The notes beneath the pieces are model-generated. The model was given only the letters and a program-made list of their open reading frames with translations, was not told the DNA's origin and did not search any database. Below are positions 51,027 to 61,671 of a stretch of 64,000 nucleotides of DNA, piece by piece. The first letter of the stretch is position 1; each line of letters begins with the position of its first letter. Made by a program: the position numbers and the translations under genes. The DNA is from an uncultured Thiodictyon sp. Lineage in GTDB: Bacteria; Pseudomonadota; Gammaproteobacteria; Chromatiales; Chromatiaceae. The stretch covers positions 133-64,132 of the forward strand of contig NZ_CAJAXH010000014.1 in NCBI RefSeq assembly GCF_903946935.1, read 5' to 3'.

Positions 51027-52079
51027 TTGAACGAGCAAGACACCTCAGGCGCGTGGCGCCTGATCCGCCCCCTGGCCTTTCGGCTCGATGCCGAACTGAC
51101 CCACCGGCTCACCCTGGCACTGCTGGCGCGTTGGTCGGCCGTGTTCGCTGGGCGGTTGCCGGCCACGGACCCGGCGCGTCGCGCGGACCTGGGGCGCCGG
51201 TTGATGGGGCTCACCTTTCCCAATCCCATCGGGCTGGCCGCCGGACTCGACAAGGAGGCGGCGGCGGTCCCGGTCTGGCAGCGGCTGGGCTTCGGCTTCA
51301 TTGAGGTGGGTACAGTCACCGCGCTGCCCCAGCCCGGGAACCCGCGCCCGCGGCTCTTTCGCCTGCCGGTCGATGGCGCCATCGTCAATCGTATGGGCTT
51401 CAACAACGGTGGCGCGGCGGCCATGCAGGTGCGCCTCACACGGCTGCGTGAGCGTGAGGTGTTGCAGGTGCCGCTTGGCGTGAACCTGGGTAAGTCGAAG
51501 GTGACCCCGGCGGCGGCGGCGGCGGCCGACTATCGGGCGAGCTTTGAGCGCCTGGGCGCACTGGCGGACTATGTGGTGGTCAATATCTCCAGCCCGAATA
51601 CCCCGGGTCTACGTGACCTCCAGACGGTGGATGAGGTGCAGCGTATCGTCGACGCCATCCAGGTACCCAATCAGCGCCTGGCGCAGCCCCGGCCGCTGTT
51701 GTTGAAGCTGGCGCCGGACCTCGCCGACAGCGATGCCATCGACTGTGCCCGGGCGGCGCTGGAGGCGGGCTGTGCTGGGCTCATCCTCACCAATACCACG
51801 ATCCGCTTTGCTGGACTCAAAAGCCCCACCGAGGGTCTGAGCGGCGGGCTCTCGGGTCGGCCGTTGTTCGCGCGCAGTACCCAATTGCTGAAGACTGTGC
51901 GCGAGGCGCTGGGCGCTGGGCCGGTGCTGATCGGGGTGGGCGGGGTCATGGACGCCGCGGGGGCGCGGGCCAAGCTTGCCGCCGGGGCCGACCTGGTGCA
52001 GGTCTATACCGGGCTCATCTATGGGGGGGCGGGGTGGGTGCGGCGACTGCTGCGGGGGTTGGAGTCGCCGCCGGGCTAG
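51027..52079 (+). CDS. pyrD: Quinone-dependent dihydroorotate dehydrogenase (class 2)
   Basis: NPIGLAAGLDK, GNPRPRLFRL, NRMGFNN, NISSPNTPGLR, KLAPDL, GGLSG. Confidence 0.95.
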   Translation: MNEQDTSGAWRLIRPLAFRLDAELTHRLTLALLARWSAVFAGRLPATDPARRADLGRRLMGLTFPNPIGLAAGLDKEAAAVPVWQRLGFGFIEVGTVTALPQPGNPRPRLFRLPVDGAIVNRMGFNNGGAAAMQVRLTRLREREVLQVPLGVNLGKSKVTPAAAAAADYRASFERLGALADYVVVNISSPNTPGLRDLQTVDEVQRIVDAIQVPNQRLAQPRPLLLKLAPDLADSDAIDCARAALEAGCAGLILTNTTIRFAGLKSPTEGLSGGLSGRPLFARSTQLLKTVREALGAGPVLIGVGGVMDAAGARAKLAAGADLVQVYTGLIYGGAGWVRRLLRGLESPPG

Positions 52080-52132
52080 TCATCCATCTGCGACCGTCCA
52101 TGCTCTGCCAGGATGTCGGTCGCCGGTGTGCC

Positions 52133-52573
52133 TCAGTCGTTGCCTTCCCCCTGGCGACCGCTGCGGTTGAGTGAGGGGTAGGGGAAGCGCACATGGCCGA
52201 AGCGGACCACCAACACCGCCACCGCGAGGATGAGTACGGCGAAGGCGGAGGAGGCGATGCCCCATTCGGTCATCTCCTTCATATCCAGGATGATGTGCCG
52301 GGCGAGTGCCACCATGGCAATGTAGAGCGGGATGCGCACGGGCAGGGCGCCGGAATCCAGATAGACCGCCACCATGGAGAGTACTTCGAGATAGATGAAG
52401 AGCAGCAGCAGATCGGCCAGGGCGACCTCGCCCCGCCCGGCCATCGCAAACATCTCCTGAACGCTGGCGATCAGGGTCGCGATGGCGATCACCGCCAGAA
52501 AGACCACCTCAAGCCCGCCGAGTATGCGGCCTGAAATGGTGAGGACACGGGGATTGAGTTCTGTTTTTGACAT
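52133..52573 (-). CDS. Phosphate-starvation-inducible PsiE-family membrane protein
   Basis: DLLLLFIYLEVLSMV, LPVRIPLYIAMVALARHIIL. Confidence 0.85.
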   Translation of the reverse strand: MSKTELNPRVLTISGRILGGLEVVFLAVIAIATLIASVQEMFAMAGRGEVALADLLLLFIYLEVLSMVAVYLDSGALPVRIPLYIAMVALARHIILDMKEMTEWGIASSAFAVLILAVAVLVVRFGHVRFPYPSLNRSGRQGEGND

Positions 52574-52651
52574 GGGCCTAAATCATATCCGAAGGCCGCC
52601 GGAGCGGCCAGGGGCGGGCCCACCGGGGGCCTTGTGTTCGCGCGGGGGCGC

Positions 52652-52924
52652 TCAACCGACTGGCGGGACATAGCCCTCCGGCAGGTCGGCCCCGTCGCCG
52701 AAAAAGTAGCGCTCCATCTGCTCTTCCAGGAACTTGCGGGCCTTTGGGTCCATCGGGCTCAAGCGGTTTTCGTTGATCAGCATGGTCTGATGGCGTAGCC
52801 ACTGCGCCCACGCCGGCTTGGAGACCTGCTCGAAGATGCGCTTGCCCAATTCGCCCGGGTAGGGCTGGCGGTCCAGTCCCTCGGCCTCCTGGCCGAGCTT
52901 GATGCAGTGAACGGTGTGGCTCAT
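52652..52924 (-). CDS. yggX: Fe(II)-trafficking/oxidative damage protection protein YggX
   Basis: [37 protein letters not shown]; mutY-yggX synteny. Confidence 0.95.
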   Translation of the reverse strand: MSHTVHCIKLGQEAEGLDRQPYPGELGKRIFEQVSKPAWAQWLRHQTMLINENRLSPMDPKARKFLEEQMERYFFGDGADLPEGYVPPVG

Positions 52925-52948
52925 TTCGGTTCTCAACCTCAGCAGGAT

Positions 52949-53114
52949 ACTAGAAGAAGCGTTTGTTTCACGCCAAGGCGCCAAGCTCGCCAAGTTTTTC
53001 GGTGCGTTATCGGCGGCGGGTCGTTGACTCGGTGGGCGATCGGGTTTCTTTGCCTAGCCTATTGTATTTCTTGGCGAGCTTGGCGCCTTGGCGTGAGTCA
53101 TTTCTGGGTTTAGG
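52949..53114. mobile_element. CGCCAAG-family element, copy 5, between mutY and yggX
   Basis: Core 52968-53096 with perfect 27 bp inverted ends. Confidence 0.85.
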
Positions 53115-54183
53115 GTGATGGGTCCGGGTCTGGCGGGGCCAGATCGGCGAGGATGGAGCGCACCGGCGCCGGCAGACCCAGGTCGGCCACGGCCCCGGGA
53201 CTGAACCACAGTTCCCGATCCGCCTCGGCGATCCGTTGGGTGGCGACGCGCGGGACCCAGACCTGCGCGATCCGCATGGCGAGCGCGAAGTGGCTGAATG
53301 CGTGGCGGCGCGCCGGGTGCATTTCAAGCCGCAGGGGGGCGGCGCCCGTGTACTCCAGGCACCAATCGGCTGGGTCGCGCGCGGGCGCGATCTCCGGCAG
53401 GCTCCACAGCCCACCCCAGATACCGCTGGGTGGACGGCGCTCCAGCAGGACCGCGCCGGTCGGGTCGCGGGCGAGGATCATCAGGGTCTCACGCTCCGGC
53501 AGGCGTTTGGCCGGCCGCGGCTGCGGGAACTGCGCCTGGCGTCCCTGGCGAGCGGCAACACAGGACGACGCCACCGGGCAGCGGTCGCAGGCCGGTCGGG
53601 TACGGGTGCAGAGGGTGGCGCCTAAGTCCATCATCGCCTGGTTGTAGGCGTCCACCCGGTCGTGGGGCGTGAGCCGCTCCGCGAGCCGCCACAACTCGGC
53701 CTGCACCGCCGTCTGTCCGGGCCAGCCGCTGACTGCGAAGCAGCGGGCCAGTACCCGCTTGACGTTGCCGTCCAGGATGGGGTGACGCTGGCCCAGCGCG
53801 AGTGAGAGCACGGCCCCGGCGGTGGAGCGACCGATCCCGGGCAGGGCCTCGACGCTCGCCAGTGCCGTCGGGAAGTCCCCGCCGTGGCGCGCCCCAATCA
53901 GCACCGCCGCCTGGTGCAGGTGGCGGGCACGGGCGTAATAGCCGAGCCCCGACCAGAGTGCCAGGACCGCATCGGCCGGTGCTGCCGCGAGGTCAGCGAG
54001 GGTCGGGAAGCGCGCCATGAAGCGCTCGAAATAGGGGACGACGACGGCCACCTGGGTCTGCTGGAGCATGATCTCGGAGACCCAGACCCGATAGGGCGTG
54101 GGGTCGCGCTGCCAGGGCAGGTCTTTGCGCCCGTGGCGGTCGAACCAGTCGAGCAGTGCTTGCGAGAAGGCGGCGGTAGGCAA
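53110..54183 (-). CDS. mutY: A/G-specific adenine glycosylase
   Basis: [42 protein letters not shown], CxxxxxxCxxCxxxxxC Fe-S motif; start approximate (TTG). Confidence 0.96.
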   Translation of the reverse strand: MPTAAFSQALLDWFDRHGRKDLPWQRDPTPYRVWVSEIMLQQTQVAVVVPYFERFMARFPTLADLAAAPADAVLALWSGLGYYARARHLHQAAVLIGARHGGDFPTALASVEALPGIGRSTAGAVLSLALGQRHPILDGNVKRVLARCFAVSGWPGQTAVQAELWRLAERLTPHDRVDAYNQAMMDLGATLCTRTRPACDRCPVASSCVAARQGRQAQFPQPRPAKRLPERETLMILARDPTGAVLLERRPPSGIWGGLWSLPEIAPARDPADWCLEYTGAAPLRLEMHPARRHAFSHFALAMRIAQVWVPRVATQRIAEADRELWFSPGAVADLGLPAPVRSILADLAPPDPDPSP

Positions 54184-54248
54184 GCTCGATCCGATTCCCG
54201 GCCTGGTAAAAACGCTGCATGGCCGGGGGAGGTGAGGCGAGGGGAAGT

Positions 54249-54322
54249 TGGAGCGGGTGATGGGAATCGAACCCACGCTATCAGCTTGGGAAGCTGAAGT
54301 TCTACCATTGAACTACACCCGC
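54249..54322 (-). tRNA. tRNA-Gly(CCC)
   Basis: Reverse complement GCGGGTGTAGTTCAATGGTAGAAC...CTTCCCAAG...GGTTCGATTCCCATCACCCGCTCCA, 74 nt. Confidence 0.97.
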
Positions 54323-54406
54323 GAGAGGGAGCGATTCTAGGCACTCCGGAGGCGTTGTGCAACACCTCGATGCATTTGAATCGCAGCCACCGAGCTGCGG
54401 AGCCCG

Positions 54407-54478
54407 GTGGGAGCGGCTTGCGCCGCGACGAGCCCACGGCAGCTTGCGATGTCGCGTCGCGGCTGAAGCCGCTCCCAC
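54407..54478. repeat. REPIN-like doublet (GTGG class)
   Basis: GTGGGAGCGGCTTGCGCCGCGA ... TCGCGGCTGAAGCCGCTCCCAC. Confidence 0.85.
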
Positions 54479-54488
54479 GGGCGGCGTC

Positions 54489-56024
54489 TCACGCCGCTGC
54501 CGGCTGCGTGGCCTGAGCGCCGGCCAGCCGCCGCTCGGCGATGGCGTCGGCATAGAGTTGCAGGTAGGAGCGCGCGCTGGCCTCCCAACTGAAGTCGCGC
54601 GCCATGCCGGTCACCGCCAGCCGCCGCCACCCCTCGGGGTCCCCGCGATACAGGCCCAGCGCCTGCTGGACGCCATGCCAGAGCGAGTCCGCGGTGGGCG
54701 CATCGAACAGGAACCCGGTCGCCCGGCCCTCGGCCAGGGCCGCGGGCGAGGCATGGACCACGGTGTCCGCCAGTCCGCCGGTGCGGTGGACGATCGGCGG
54801 GGTACCGTAGCGCAGGCTGTAGAGCTGATTGAGCCCGCAGGGCTCGAAGCGCGAGGGCATCAGGAAGGCGTCGCAGCCGGCCTCGATGCGGTGGGCGCGG
54901 GTCTCGTCATAGCCGAAGGACACCCCCACCTGCCGTGGGTGTGCGGCCGCCAGGGTCTGGATCGCCAGCTCCAACGAGCGCTCGCCCGAGGCCTGGATGA
55001 CGCACTGCACATCCGGGTCCCGGAGCAGTCCGGGCAGGATGCCGAGGATCAGGTCCATCCCCTTCTGCTCCACCAGGCGCCCGACATAGCCGAGCAGGAA
55101 GGCGCCCTCGTTGCGCGTGAGCCCGAACTCGCGCTGGAGGTCCAGCTTGTTCTCGGCCTTCAGCCCGAAGTTGCCCTGGTCGTAGGGCTGGAGGATCAGG
55201 GGGTCGATGGCCGGGTCCCAGTCGCGGTAATCGATGCCGTTTAAGATGCCGCTGAAGCGGGTGCCGATCTGGCGCAGCAGGCCGTCCAGCCCGCAACCGT
55301 GCGCCGGGGTGCGCACCTCCTCGGCATAGGTTGGGCTGACGGTGTTCACCCGATCGGAGAACACGATGCCGCCCTTGATAAAGGACAGGCGCTGATGGAA
55401 CTCGAGCCCGACCATGCCCCACAGGGACCCCGGCAGGCCGATCCGGTCGAAGGTGGCGCGGTCGAAGAGCCCCTGGTAGGCCAGGTTGTGGATGGTGAAG
55501 ACGGTGGCCGGGCGCCCCGGCACGCCCTGCAACAAGGCCGGGGCGAGCCCGGTCTGCCAGTCGTTGGTGTGCAACACCTCCGGCCGCCAACCCAGGGCCG
55601 GCAGACCCTGGGCGAGTTGGGCCACGACCCGGGAGAAGAGCAGGAAGCGCTCGGCGTTGTCGCCCCAGTCGCGCCCGGAGAGATCCGTGTAGGGGTTACC
55701 CTCGCGAGCGAAGTGCTCCGGGGCGTCGACCAGATAGACCGGCAGGTCGTGATCGGGGAGACTGCCGCCCAGGATGCGCACACCGGTGCGGGCGCCCGGC
55801 ACCTTGATCTCGCACAGGGTGCGGGGTTCACGCAACTGTCTGGCGGCGCGCGGATAGGCGGGTAGGATCAGGCGCGCGTCCTGGCCCAGTTCGCGCAGCG
55901 CCAGCGGCAGGCTGCCGGCCACATCGGCGAGCCCGCCGGTCTTGATCAGCGGGTGCGCCTCGCTGCTGGCCAACAGGACGCGCAGTCCGTCCGGGCTCGG
56001 GTAGCGATGCACTGATTGATCCAT
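54489..56024 (-). CDS. glgA: Glycogen synthase
   Basis: KTGGLADV, HTNDWQTG, FTIHNLAYQG, GRLVEQKG, MPSRFEPCGLNQLYSLRYGT. Confidence 0.97.
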   Translation of the reverse strand: MDQSVHRYPSPDGLRVLLASSEAHPLIKTGGLADVAGSLPLALRELGQDARLILPAYPRAARQLREPRTLCEIKVPGARTGVRILGGSLPDHDLPVYLVDAPEHFAREGNPYTDLSGRDWGDNAERFLLFSRVVAQLAQGLPALGWRPEVLHTNDWQTGLAPALLQGVPGRPATVFTIHNLAYQGLFDRATFDRIGLPGSLWGMVGLEFHQRLSFIKGGIVFSDRVNTVSPTYAEEVRTPAHGCGLDGLLRQIGTRFSGILNGIDYRDWDPAIDPLILQPYDQGNFGLKAENKLDLQREFGLTRNEGAFLLGYVGRLVEQKGMDLILGILPGLLRDPDVQCVIQASGERSLELAIQTLAAAHPRQVGVSFGYDETRAHRIEAGCDAFLMPSRFEPCGLNQLYSLRYGTPPIVHRTGGLADTVVHASPAALAEGRATGFLFDAPTADSLWHGVQQALGLYRGDPEGWRRLAVTGMARDFSWEASARSYLQLYADAIAERRLAGAQATQPAAA

Positions 56025-56270
56025 AGCGGGTCCTAAAGAGGTCGATCGGACGCCCCGGCGCCCTTGATTTAGATTAACATCGCCACAGATGTGACAGTTT
56101 TGTTTATGGCCGCCACGTTAGCACATTTTGCCCTGGTCGGATGGGCGTCCGTGATGCAAGACTGTGCCGCACCCTTGGTCGGGCGGCCCGCCCCGCGGCA
56201 GGTGCTGGCGCTCCAGCCGAATTGGCCTCGTTCAAGCCCGCTTACCCACTCATCCGCAGGAGAAGACCCG

Positions 56271-57914
56271 ATGTCGCTCGTCACTCAGACCCCCCAATGG
56301 CAGGCCCTGGAGCGGCATTGGCAGCAACTCAAGGACACCCGGATGGGTGACCTGTTCGCCGCCGATCCCCAGCGCGCCGAGCGCATGACCCTATCGGCGG
56401 CGGGGCTGCGGGTGGATTATTCCAAGAACCGGATCACCCAGGAGACCCTCGACCTGTTGTGCGACCTGGCCGGCGCGGTCGACCTGCCGGGCTGGACGCG
56501 GCGCATGTTCGCCGGCGAGCCGATCAACAACACCGAGCAGCGCTCCGTGCTGCATGTGGCCCTGCGCAACCGCTCCAACCGGCCGATCTTGGTGGACGGC
56601 ACGGACGTGATGCCCGCAGTCAATGCGGTTTTGGACCGCATGGAGACCTTTGTCGAGCAGGTCCGGGCCGGCGACTGGAAGGGCTATACCGGACGGCCCA
56701 TCACCGATGTGGTCAACATCGGCATCGGCGGCTCCAACCTGGGGCCCAAGATGGTCTGCACCGCGCTCGGCCCCTACCTTAGCGACCGGCTGCGGGTACA
56801 CTTCGTCTCCAACGTGGATGGCACCCACCTGGTGGAGACCGTCCGCGGGCTCGATCCCGCCACCACCCTGTTCGTCGTTGCCTCCAAGACCTTCACTACC
56901 CAGGAGACCATGACCAACGCCGAGAGCGCCCGTGCCTGGGCGCTGGCCTCGCTCGGGGATTCGGCCGCGGTGGCCCGTCACTTTGTCGCAGTGTCCACCA
57001 ATGGGCAGAAGGTGGCCGAATTCGGCATCGACACCGCCAATATGTTCGGCTTCTGGGATTGGGTGGGCGGGCGCTATTCGCTCTGGTCGGCCATCGGCCT
57101 GCCCATTGCGCTCGCGGTCGGTTTCGATCGCTTTAAGGAATTGTTGGAAGGTGCCCATGCCATGGATGAGCACTTCAGCACCGCCGACATCCGCGAGAAC
57201 ATCCCCGCGCTGCTGGGTCTGTTGGGGATCTGGTATGCCAACTTTGCCGGCGCCCGCACCCATGCCGTCCTGCCCTATGACCAATACCTGCGCTATCTGC
57301 CGGCCTATCTGCAACAGGGCGATATGGAGAGCAACGGTAAGCGGGTTACCCGCGAGGGTGTGGCGGTCGACTATACCACCGGCCCGGTGGTCTGGGGTGA
57401 GGCCGGCACCGATGGCCAGCACGCCTTCTACCAGCTCATCCATCAGGGTACCCAACTGATCCCGGCCGACTTCATCGGGGCCATTCACAGCCAGAATGAG
57501 CTGGGCGATCATCACCTCAAGTTCATGGCCAATTATTTCGCCCAGACCGAGGCCCTGATGCGCGGGCGCACCTATGATGAGGCCCTGGCCGAGATGCTTG
57601 CCGCCGGCATGCCCGACGAGCGTGCCCGCTTCCTTGCCAACCACCGCACCTTCCCCGGTAACAAGCCCACCAACAGCATACTCATGGAGCGCCTAACGCC
57701 CTATACCCTGGGCGCGCTGATTGCGATGTATGAGCACCGCATCTTCACTCAGGGCGTGGTGTGGGGCGTCAACTCATTCGATCAGTGGGGGGTGGAGTTG
57801 GGCAAGCAGCTCGCCGGGGTCATTCTCAAGGAGCTGGAGGCGGGGGCGGTGAGTGGGGAGCATGACGGTTCCACGGCGGCGCTATTGGAGCACTTCATGC
57901 AGCGGCGGACCTGA
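56271..57914 (+). CDS. pgi: Glucose-6-phosphate isomerase
   Basis: [56 protein letters not shown]. Confidence 0.98.
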   Translation: MSLVTQTPQWQALERHWQQLKDTRMGDLFAADPQRAERMTLSAAGLRVDYSKNRITQETLDLLCDLAGAVDLPGWTRRMFAGEPINNTEQRSVLHVALRNRSNRPILVDGTDVMPAVNAVLDRMETFVEQVRAGDWKGYTGRPITDVVNIGIGGSNLGPKMVCTALGPYLSDRLRVHFVSNVDGTHLVETVRGLDPATTLFVVASKTFTTQETMTNAESARAWALASLGDSAAVARHFVAVSTNGQKVAEFGIDTANMFGFWDWVGGRYSLWSAIGLPIALAVGFDRFKELLEGAHAMDEHFSTADIRENIPALLGLLGIWYANFAGARTHAVLPYDQYLRYLPAYLQQGDMESNGKRVTREGVAVDYTTGPVVWGEAGTDGQHAFYQLIHQGTQLIPADFIGAIHSQNELGDHHLKFMANYFAQTEALMRGRTYDEALAEMLAAGMPDERARFLANHRTFPGNKPTNSILMERLTPYTLGALIAMYEHRIFTQGVVWGVNSFDQWGVELGKQLAGVILKELEAGAVSGEHDGSTAALLEHFMQRRT

Positions 57915-57978
57915 TCATCGTCGTGGCCGCGGCCCCAATGTTCTGTTGGAGGTCGAGGCTTTACCGTGAAAGTCGCGC

Positions 57979-58049
57979 GTGGGAGCGGCTTCAGCCGCGA
58001 TCAGGCCAAGGCAGTTTGTGAGGTCGCGTCGCGGCTGATGCCGCTCCCG
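57979..58049. repeat. REPIN-like doublet upstream of the cas operon
   Basis: GTGGGAGCGGCTTCAGCCGCGA ... TCGCGGCTGATGCCGCTCCC. Confidence 0.8.
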
Positions 58050-58152
58050 CCGGCCAGCGGCCAGAGCCATGATCGCGGCGCACGTTTGCGCCGCAGGACA
58101 AACCGCGTCCGTTCTGTTTTAATGACGGCTGGGTTTCGGCCGGACGCAGCAA

Positions 58153-59928
58153 ATGTTTCATTTTCTTTACGAACTGAGCCAATGCCTGCCGGAGCGGGCG
58201 GCCTGGGAACGCCTCAACGAAGGCATGCCCGCCAACTACGACCGCGGACTGGCGTTGTGCTTCGGCCCGGGGGGCGAGTGGTGCGCAGTCAAGACCTACA
58301 GCGGCAACCAAGGCGTGGTCTACCGCTCCGGGCCGCCCAATGGCACCGATTTCACCCCCTGCTGCAAACTGGCAGGCAACACCGCCAACCGCTTGGCCGC
58401 AAGCGTCAAGGAACTCGCCGACCATCCCAGCCTGCCGGGCGAAAAGCGCCAGTGGCTGGTCGACAGTCTCACCTGCTTCAACGACGCGCAAGCGGCGATC
58501 TGGGCCGAGGTTGAGACGGCACAAAAGGCGGCCGGCATCGACGGCAAGGAGCATCGCGGCTATGTCTACTGGGCCGATGACCAGATGCAGTCGGTGTATG
58601 CCTGGCCGGAAGTTCAGTCCTTTCTGGTCGAGCGGGCCTTGTCCGCCTTTGCCGACAAGGGCGGGGAGCGGGCGAGCGGCAGTTGTGCGGTTTGCGGTCG
58701 CTCGGCGGTCAAGGTCTTTGGCAACTATGCCGTCGTGGCCTGCTACAACCTTAATAATCCTGGCGCCATCGCCGGCGGCTTCCAGGCCGGCAAGGCGCAT
58801 CGCAATTTCCCCGTGTGCGGCGACTGCGCCCTGTCCATCGCCGAGACCTTCACCTTCGCCGAGACCTACCTGTCCAGCAGCATGGCCGGGCAGAGCTATC
58901 TGGTTCTGCCCTACAGCAACAACCCAGAGGTACGCGAAGAGCTGCGCGCCCGTCTGGGTCAGCGTCCCGATCGCTATCAATTGGGCAAGGCCCGCGATCT
59001 ACTCGCCGATGAACTGGCCCTGACGGAAGAATTTGCCGGTGTGGGCGATCAACTCGCCTTCGCGTTGATCTTTTTCAAACAACAAAACGCGGCCTGGCGC
59101 GTACAGGCCGAGGTGCAACAATTGCTGCCCAGCCGTCTGCACCTGTTGCATCGCGCCGGCCGGACCATTGCCAATGCCCTCGACTTGACGGCCGAGAGCA
59201 AGACCGACAGCAAGCCGGTCCAGATCAACGCCATGACCTTCAAAAACTTCTCCAGCGCCAGTGACAAGGCCAGTGAGGATACCCTGCGCGGCTGGCTGGC
59301 GGCCCTGTTTGATGGGCAGACAGTGAACCCGAGCCATTTTCTGCACTGCCTGGTCGGCAAATTGCTCAGTACCGGCAAGCGTGAGCCCAAGTTTTTGCAC
59401 TGGATGACGCTCCAGGCCTGGGGCCTCTACCGCTATGCCCGATTGACCAAACTCATCGTCCCCGCCCCCGTGATGGAGCATCGCGCCATGTCCGAAGTCA
59501 TCCCCAATAGCCCCTATGGGCGCTATACCCAGGAGCACGCCGATTTCTTTCGCCGCCCGGAATTGGTCGTGGCCTTTCTGACCGGCTGCTATGCCTCGCA
59601 GGTGGCCTCGGTACAGCGGCAGGTCCGCGGCGCCGATCCATTCACCAAGAAATTCATCGGCCGGCTGCTGGGTCGCCCGCAGTTGCAACGACTCTACCGC
59701 GAAGGTCACGGCAAGCTGGCCCAATACGGCAAGCTTGGCTATGTCATCACCGGACTCGACCCGGACCTGGCCAATGCCTGGGTGGCCTGTGGCGAGGATT
59801 GGGCCATCGGCGATGAAGAGACAACCTTTGCCTTTACGATCGGTTATAGCCTGGCCTACCGGATCGGACAGCTCGATAAGGCCGCTACCGGCGTCACTGA
59901 AGCGGCACCCACAGACCTCCATGATTGA
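58153..59928 (+). CDS. cas8b: CRISPR-associated Cas8b (TM1802/Csh1-like), type I-B large subunit
   Basis: First gene of a cas7-cas5-cas3 operon; zinc ribbon CAVCG...FPVCGDCA; helical C-terminus with FAFTIGY. Confidence 0.75.
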   Translation: MFHFLYELSQCLPERAAWERLNEGMPANYDRGLALCFGPGGEWCAVKTYSGNQGVVYRSGPPNGTDFTPCCKLAGNTANRLAASVKELADHPSLPGEKRQWLVDSLTCFNDAQAAIWAEVETAQKAAGIDGKEHRGYVYWADDQMQSVYAWPEVQSFLVERALSAFADKGGERASGSCAVCGRSAVKVFGNYAVVACYNLNNPGAIAGGFQAGKAHRNFPVCGDCALSIAETFTFAETYLSSSMAGQSYLVLPYSNNPEVREELRARLGQRPDRYQLGKARDLLADELALTEEFAGVGDQLAFALIFFKQQNAAWRVQAEVQQLLPSRLHLLHRAGRTIANALDLTAESKTDSKPVQINAMTFKNFSSASDKASEDTLRGWLAALFDGQTVNPSHFLHCLVGKLLSTGKREPKFLHWMTLQAWGLYRYARLTKLIVPAPVMEHRAMSEVIPNSPYGRYTQEHADFFRRPELVVAFLTGCYASQVASVQRQVRGADPFTKKFIGRLLGRPQLQRLYREGHGKLAQYGKLGYVITGLDPDLANAWVACGEDWAIGDEETTFAFTIGYSLAYRIGQLDKAATGVTEAAPTDLHD

Positions 59929-59965
59929 CCGTCGCGACGTTCAACAATTCTTCAGGAGCACACCC

Positions 59966-60952
59966 ATGACCGCGATCACCAGCCGCTACGAAATTCTCTT
60001 CATCTACGAGGCCAAGGACTGCAACCCCAATGGCGACCCACTCGATGAGAACCGCCCGCGTACCGATCCCGAGACCGGCGAGGCGACCATCAGCGATGTG
60101 CGCATCAAGCGCACCGTGCGCGATTGGTTCCTGAGCCTGGAGCCGGATGTCGAACAGCGCCTGGCCGCTGGCCGTGAGGTATTGATTCGCGACACCCTCA
60201 AGGCCGACGGATTTCTGTCAGAGGGCAAGGACCGCGCCGAGCAGTTTTTGGCCGAGGCCGCCAAGGGCAAGAAGGGCGAGGCCAAGCGTCAGGCCCTGGA
60301 GGCCGCGGTCTTGCGCGGTTGTATCGATGCGCGCCTGTTCGGCGCCACCCTGCCGCTCGGCAAGAACGAGCCCTCGCTGCAACTGACCGGGCCGGTGCAG
60401 TTCTCCGCCTTCAACCGCTCACTGCATCGCGTCAGCCCGACCCTGGTGCAGCAGACCGCCGCCTACGCGGGCAGCGACAAGGGCAACCAAAAATCGTTCG
60501 CCGAACGCTGGCTGTTGCCCTACGCACTGGTCGCCGCCTACGGGGTGGCCAACGAAACCGCCGCGCAGACCACCGGACTCAGCGAGGCCGACCTCGACCT
60601 GCTGCTGCAAGGTCTATGGCGCGGCACCGCGGCGCTCAACACCCATTCTAAGATCGGCCATGACCCGCTGCTCCTGGTGGTGGCTCAGTATCGCCCCGGC
60701 TACCGGCTGGGCGCCCTGCCGCGCCGCATCAGTCTCGCCAACCAGGGCGTCGAAGACACCGCCCTGCGCTCGACCCGCGATTTTTGTCTGGAGGTCGGCG
60801 AGCTGTTGAGCGCCCTGCACCACTATCCGCAACTGACCGGCCTGCGGGTGATGCAAGACCCGCGTCTGCGCTGCCAATCCGGCGCTCAGGCCGGACTCTT
60901 TGCCGAGTTGGCCGCAGCGGCAGGATTGCCGGTCACCGCCTTGGAACTGTAG
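59966..60952 (+). CDS. cas7: CRISPR-associated Cas7 (Csh2/Csd2 family)
   Basis: YEAKDCNPNGDPLDENRPR, SDVRIKRTVRD, IDARLFGA, TGPVQF; AGGAG RBS upstream. Confidence 0.93.
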   Translation: MTAITSRYEILFIYEAKDCNPNGDPLDENRPRTDPETGEATISDVRIKRTVRDWFLSLEPDVEQRLAAGREVLIRDTLKADGFLSEGKDRAEQFLAEAAKGKKGEAKRQALEAAVLRGCIDARLFGATLPLGKNEPSLQLTGPVQFSAFNRSLHRVSPTLVQQTAAYAGSDKGNQKSFAERWLLPYALVAAYGVANETAAQTTGLSEADLDLLLQGLWRGTAALNTHSKIGHDPLLLVVAQYRPGYRLGALPRRISLANQGVEDTALRSTRDFCLEVGELLSALHHYPQLTGLRVMQDPRLRCQSGAQAGLFAELAAAAGLPVTALEL

Positions 60953-60954
60953 CC

Positions 60955-61671
60955 ATGCGGACCCTGGTCTTCGACATCGCCGGCGAATACGGCCAGTTCA
61001 AAAAGCCCTATTCGCCGATGAGCCCCGTGAGTTACCCGCTGCCGCCGCCACCGGCGGTATTGGGAATGCTCGGCGCCGTGCTCGGCTACCGCAAGGACAT
61101 CTATCACCAGCAACTGGGCTGGGACCGGTTACGCATCGCCGTGGGGCTGCGCGCCCCGCTGCGGGTCTTCCGGGCGGCGCTCAATCTGTTGCAAACCAAG
61201 GACGGCACCGATGGCTTTTTCCGCCCGCGCGCCGGTCAGAACACCCACACCCAAGTCCCCTTCGAGTTTCTGCACCATCCGCACTTTCGCATCTATGTCG
61301 CCGGGCTGGCCGACCCAGTGGCCGATGAACTGGGAGAGCGGCTGCGCACCGGCCGTAGTGCCTACACCGTCGCGCTGGGGCTCGCGCCCTGTCTCGCCGA
61401 TCTGACCTGGATCGGGGAGTGGCCGGCCCAACCCCTGGCCGATCCCCAATGGCAGACCATTACGGCGGTGCCGCTGCGCGACGGTATTCAGGTGCATTAT
61501 GAGGACCGCCGACGCTACCACCGGCTGCGGGTTCCCGCCGCCATGGACGGCGAACGCATCGTGCATCGCTATCAGGAAATCGTACTGGCCGAAGACGGAC
61601 AACCGATCCGCGGCCAGGGTGGAACCGGAGTCTTACATGCCATCGGCCCCGACCGCGTCGCTTTTCTCTAA
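60955..61671 (+). CDS. cas5: CRISPR-associated Cas5 (Cas5h-like)
   Basis: LVFDIAGEYGQFKKPYS, YPLPPPPAVLGMLGAVLG, LGLAPCLA. Confidence 0.9.
   Translation: MRTLVFDIAGEYGQFKKPYSPMSPVSYPLPPPPAVLGMLGAVLGYRKDIYHQQLGWDRLRIAVGLRAPLRVFRAALNLLQTKDGTDGFFRPRAGQNTHTQVPFEFLHHPHFRIYVAGLADPVADELGERLRTGRSAYTVALGLAPCLADLTWIGEWPAQPLADPQWQTITAVPLRDGIQVHYEDRRRYHRLRVPAAMDGERIVHRYQEIVLAEDGQPIRGQGGTGVLHAIGPDRVAFL

Noticed and set aside
59591-59965. N-terminal extension of Cas7 in the 453-aa ORF
   Set aside because: Overlaps cas8b; the AGGAG RBS supports the start at 59966.
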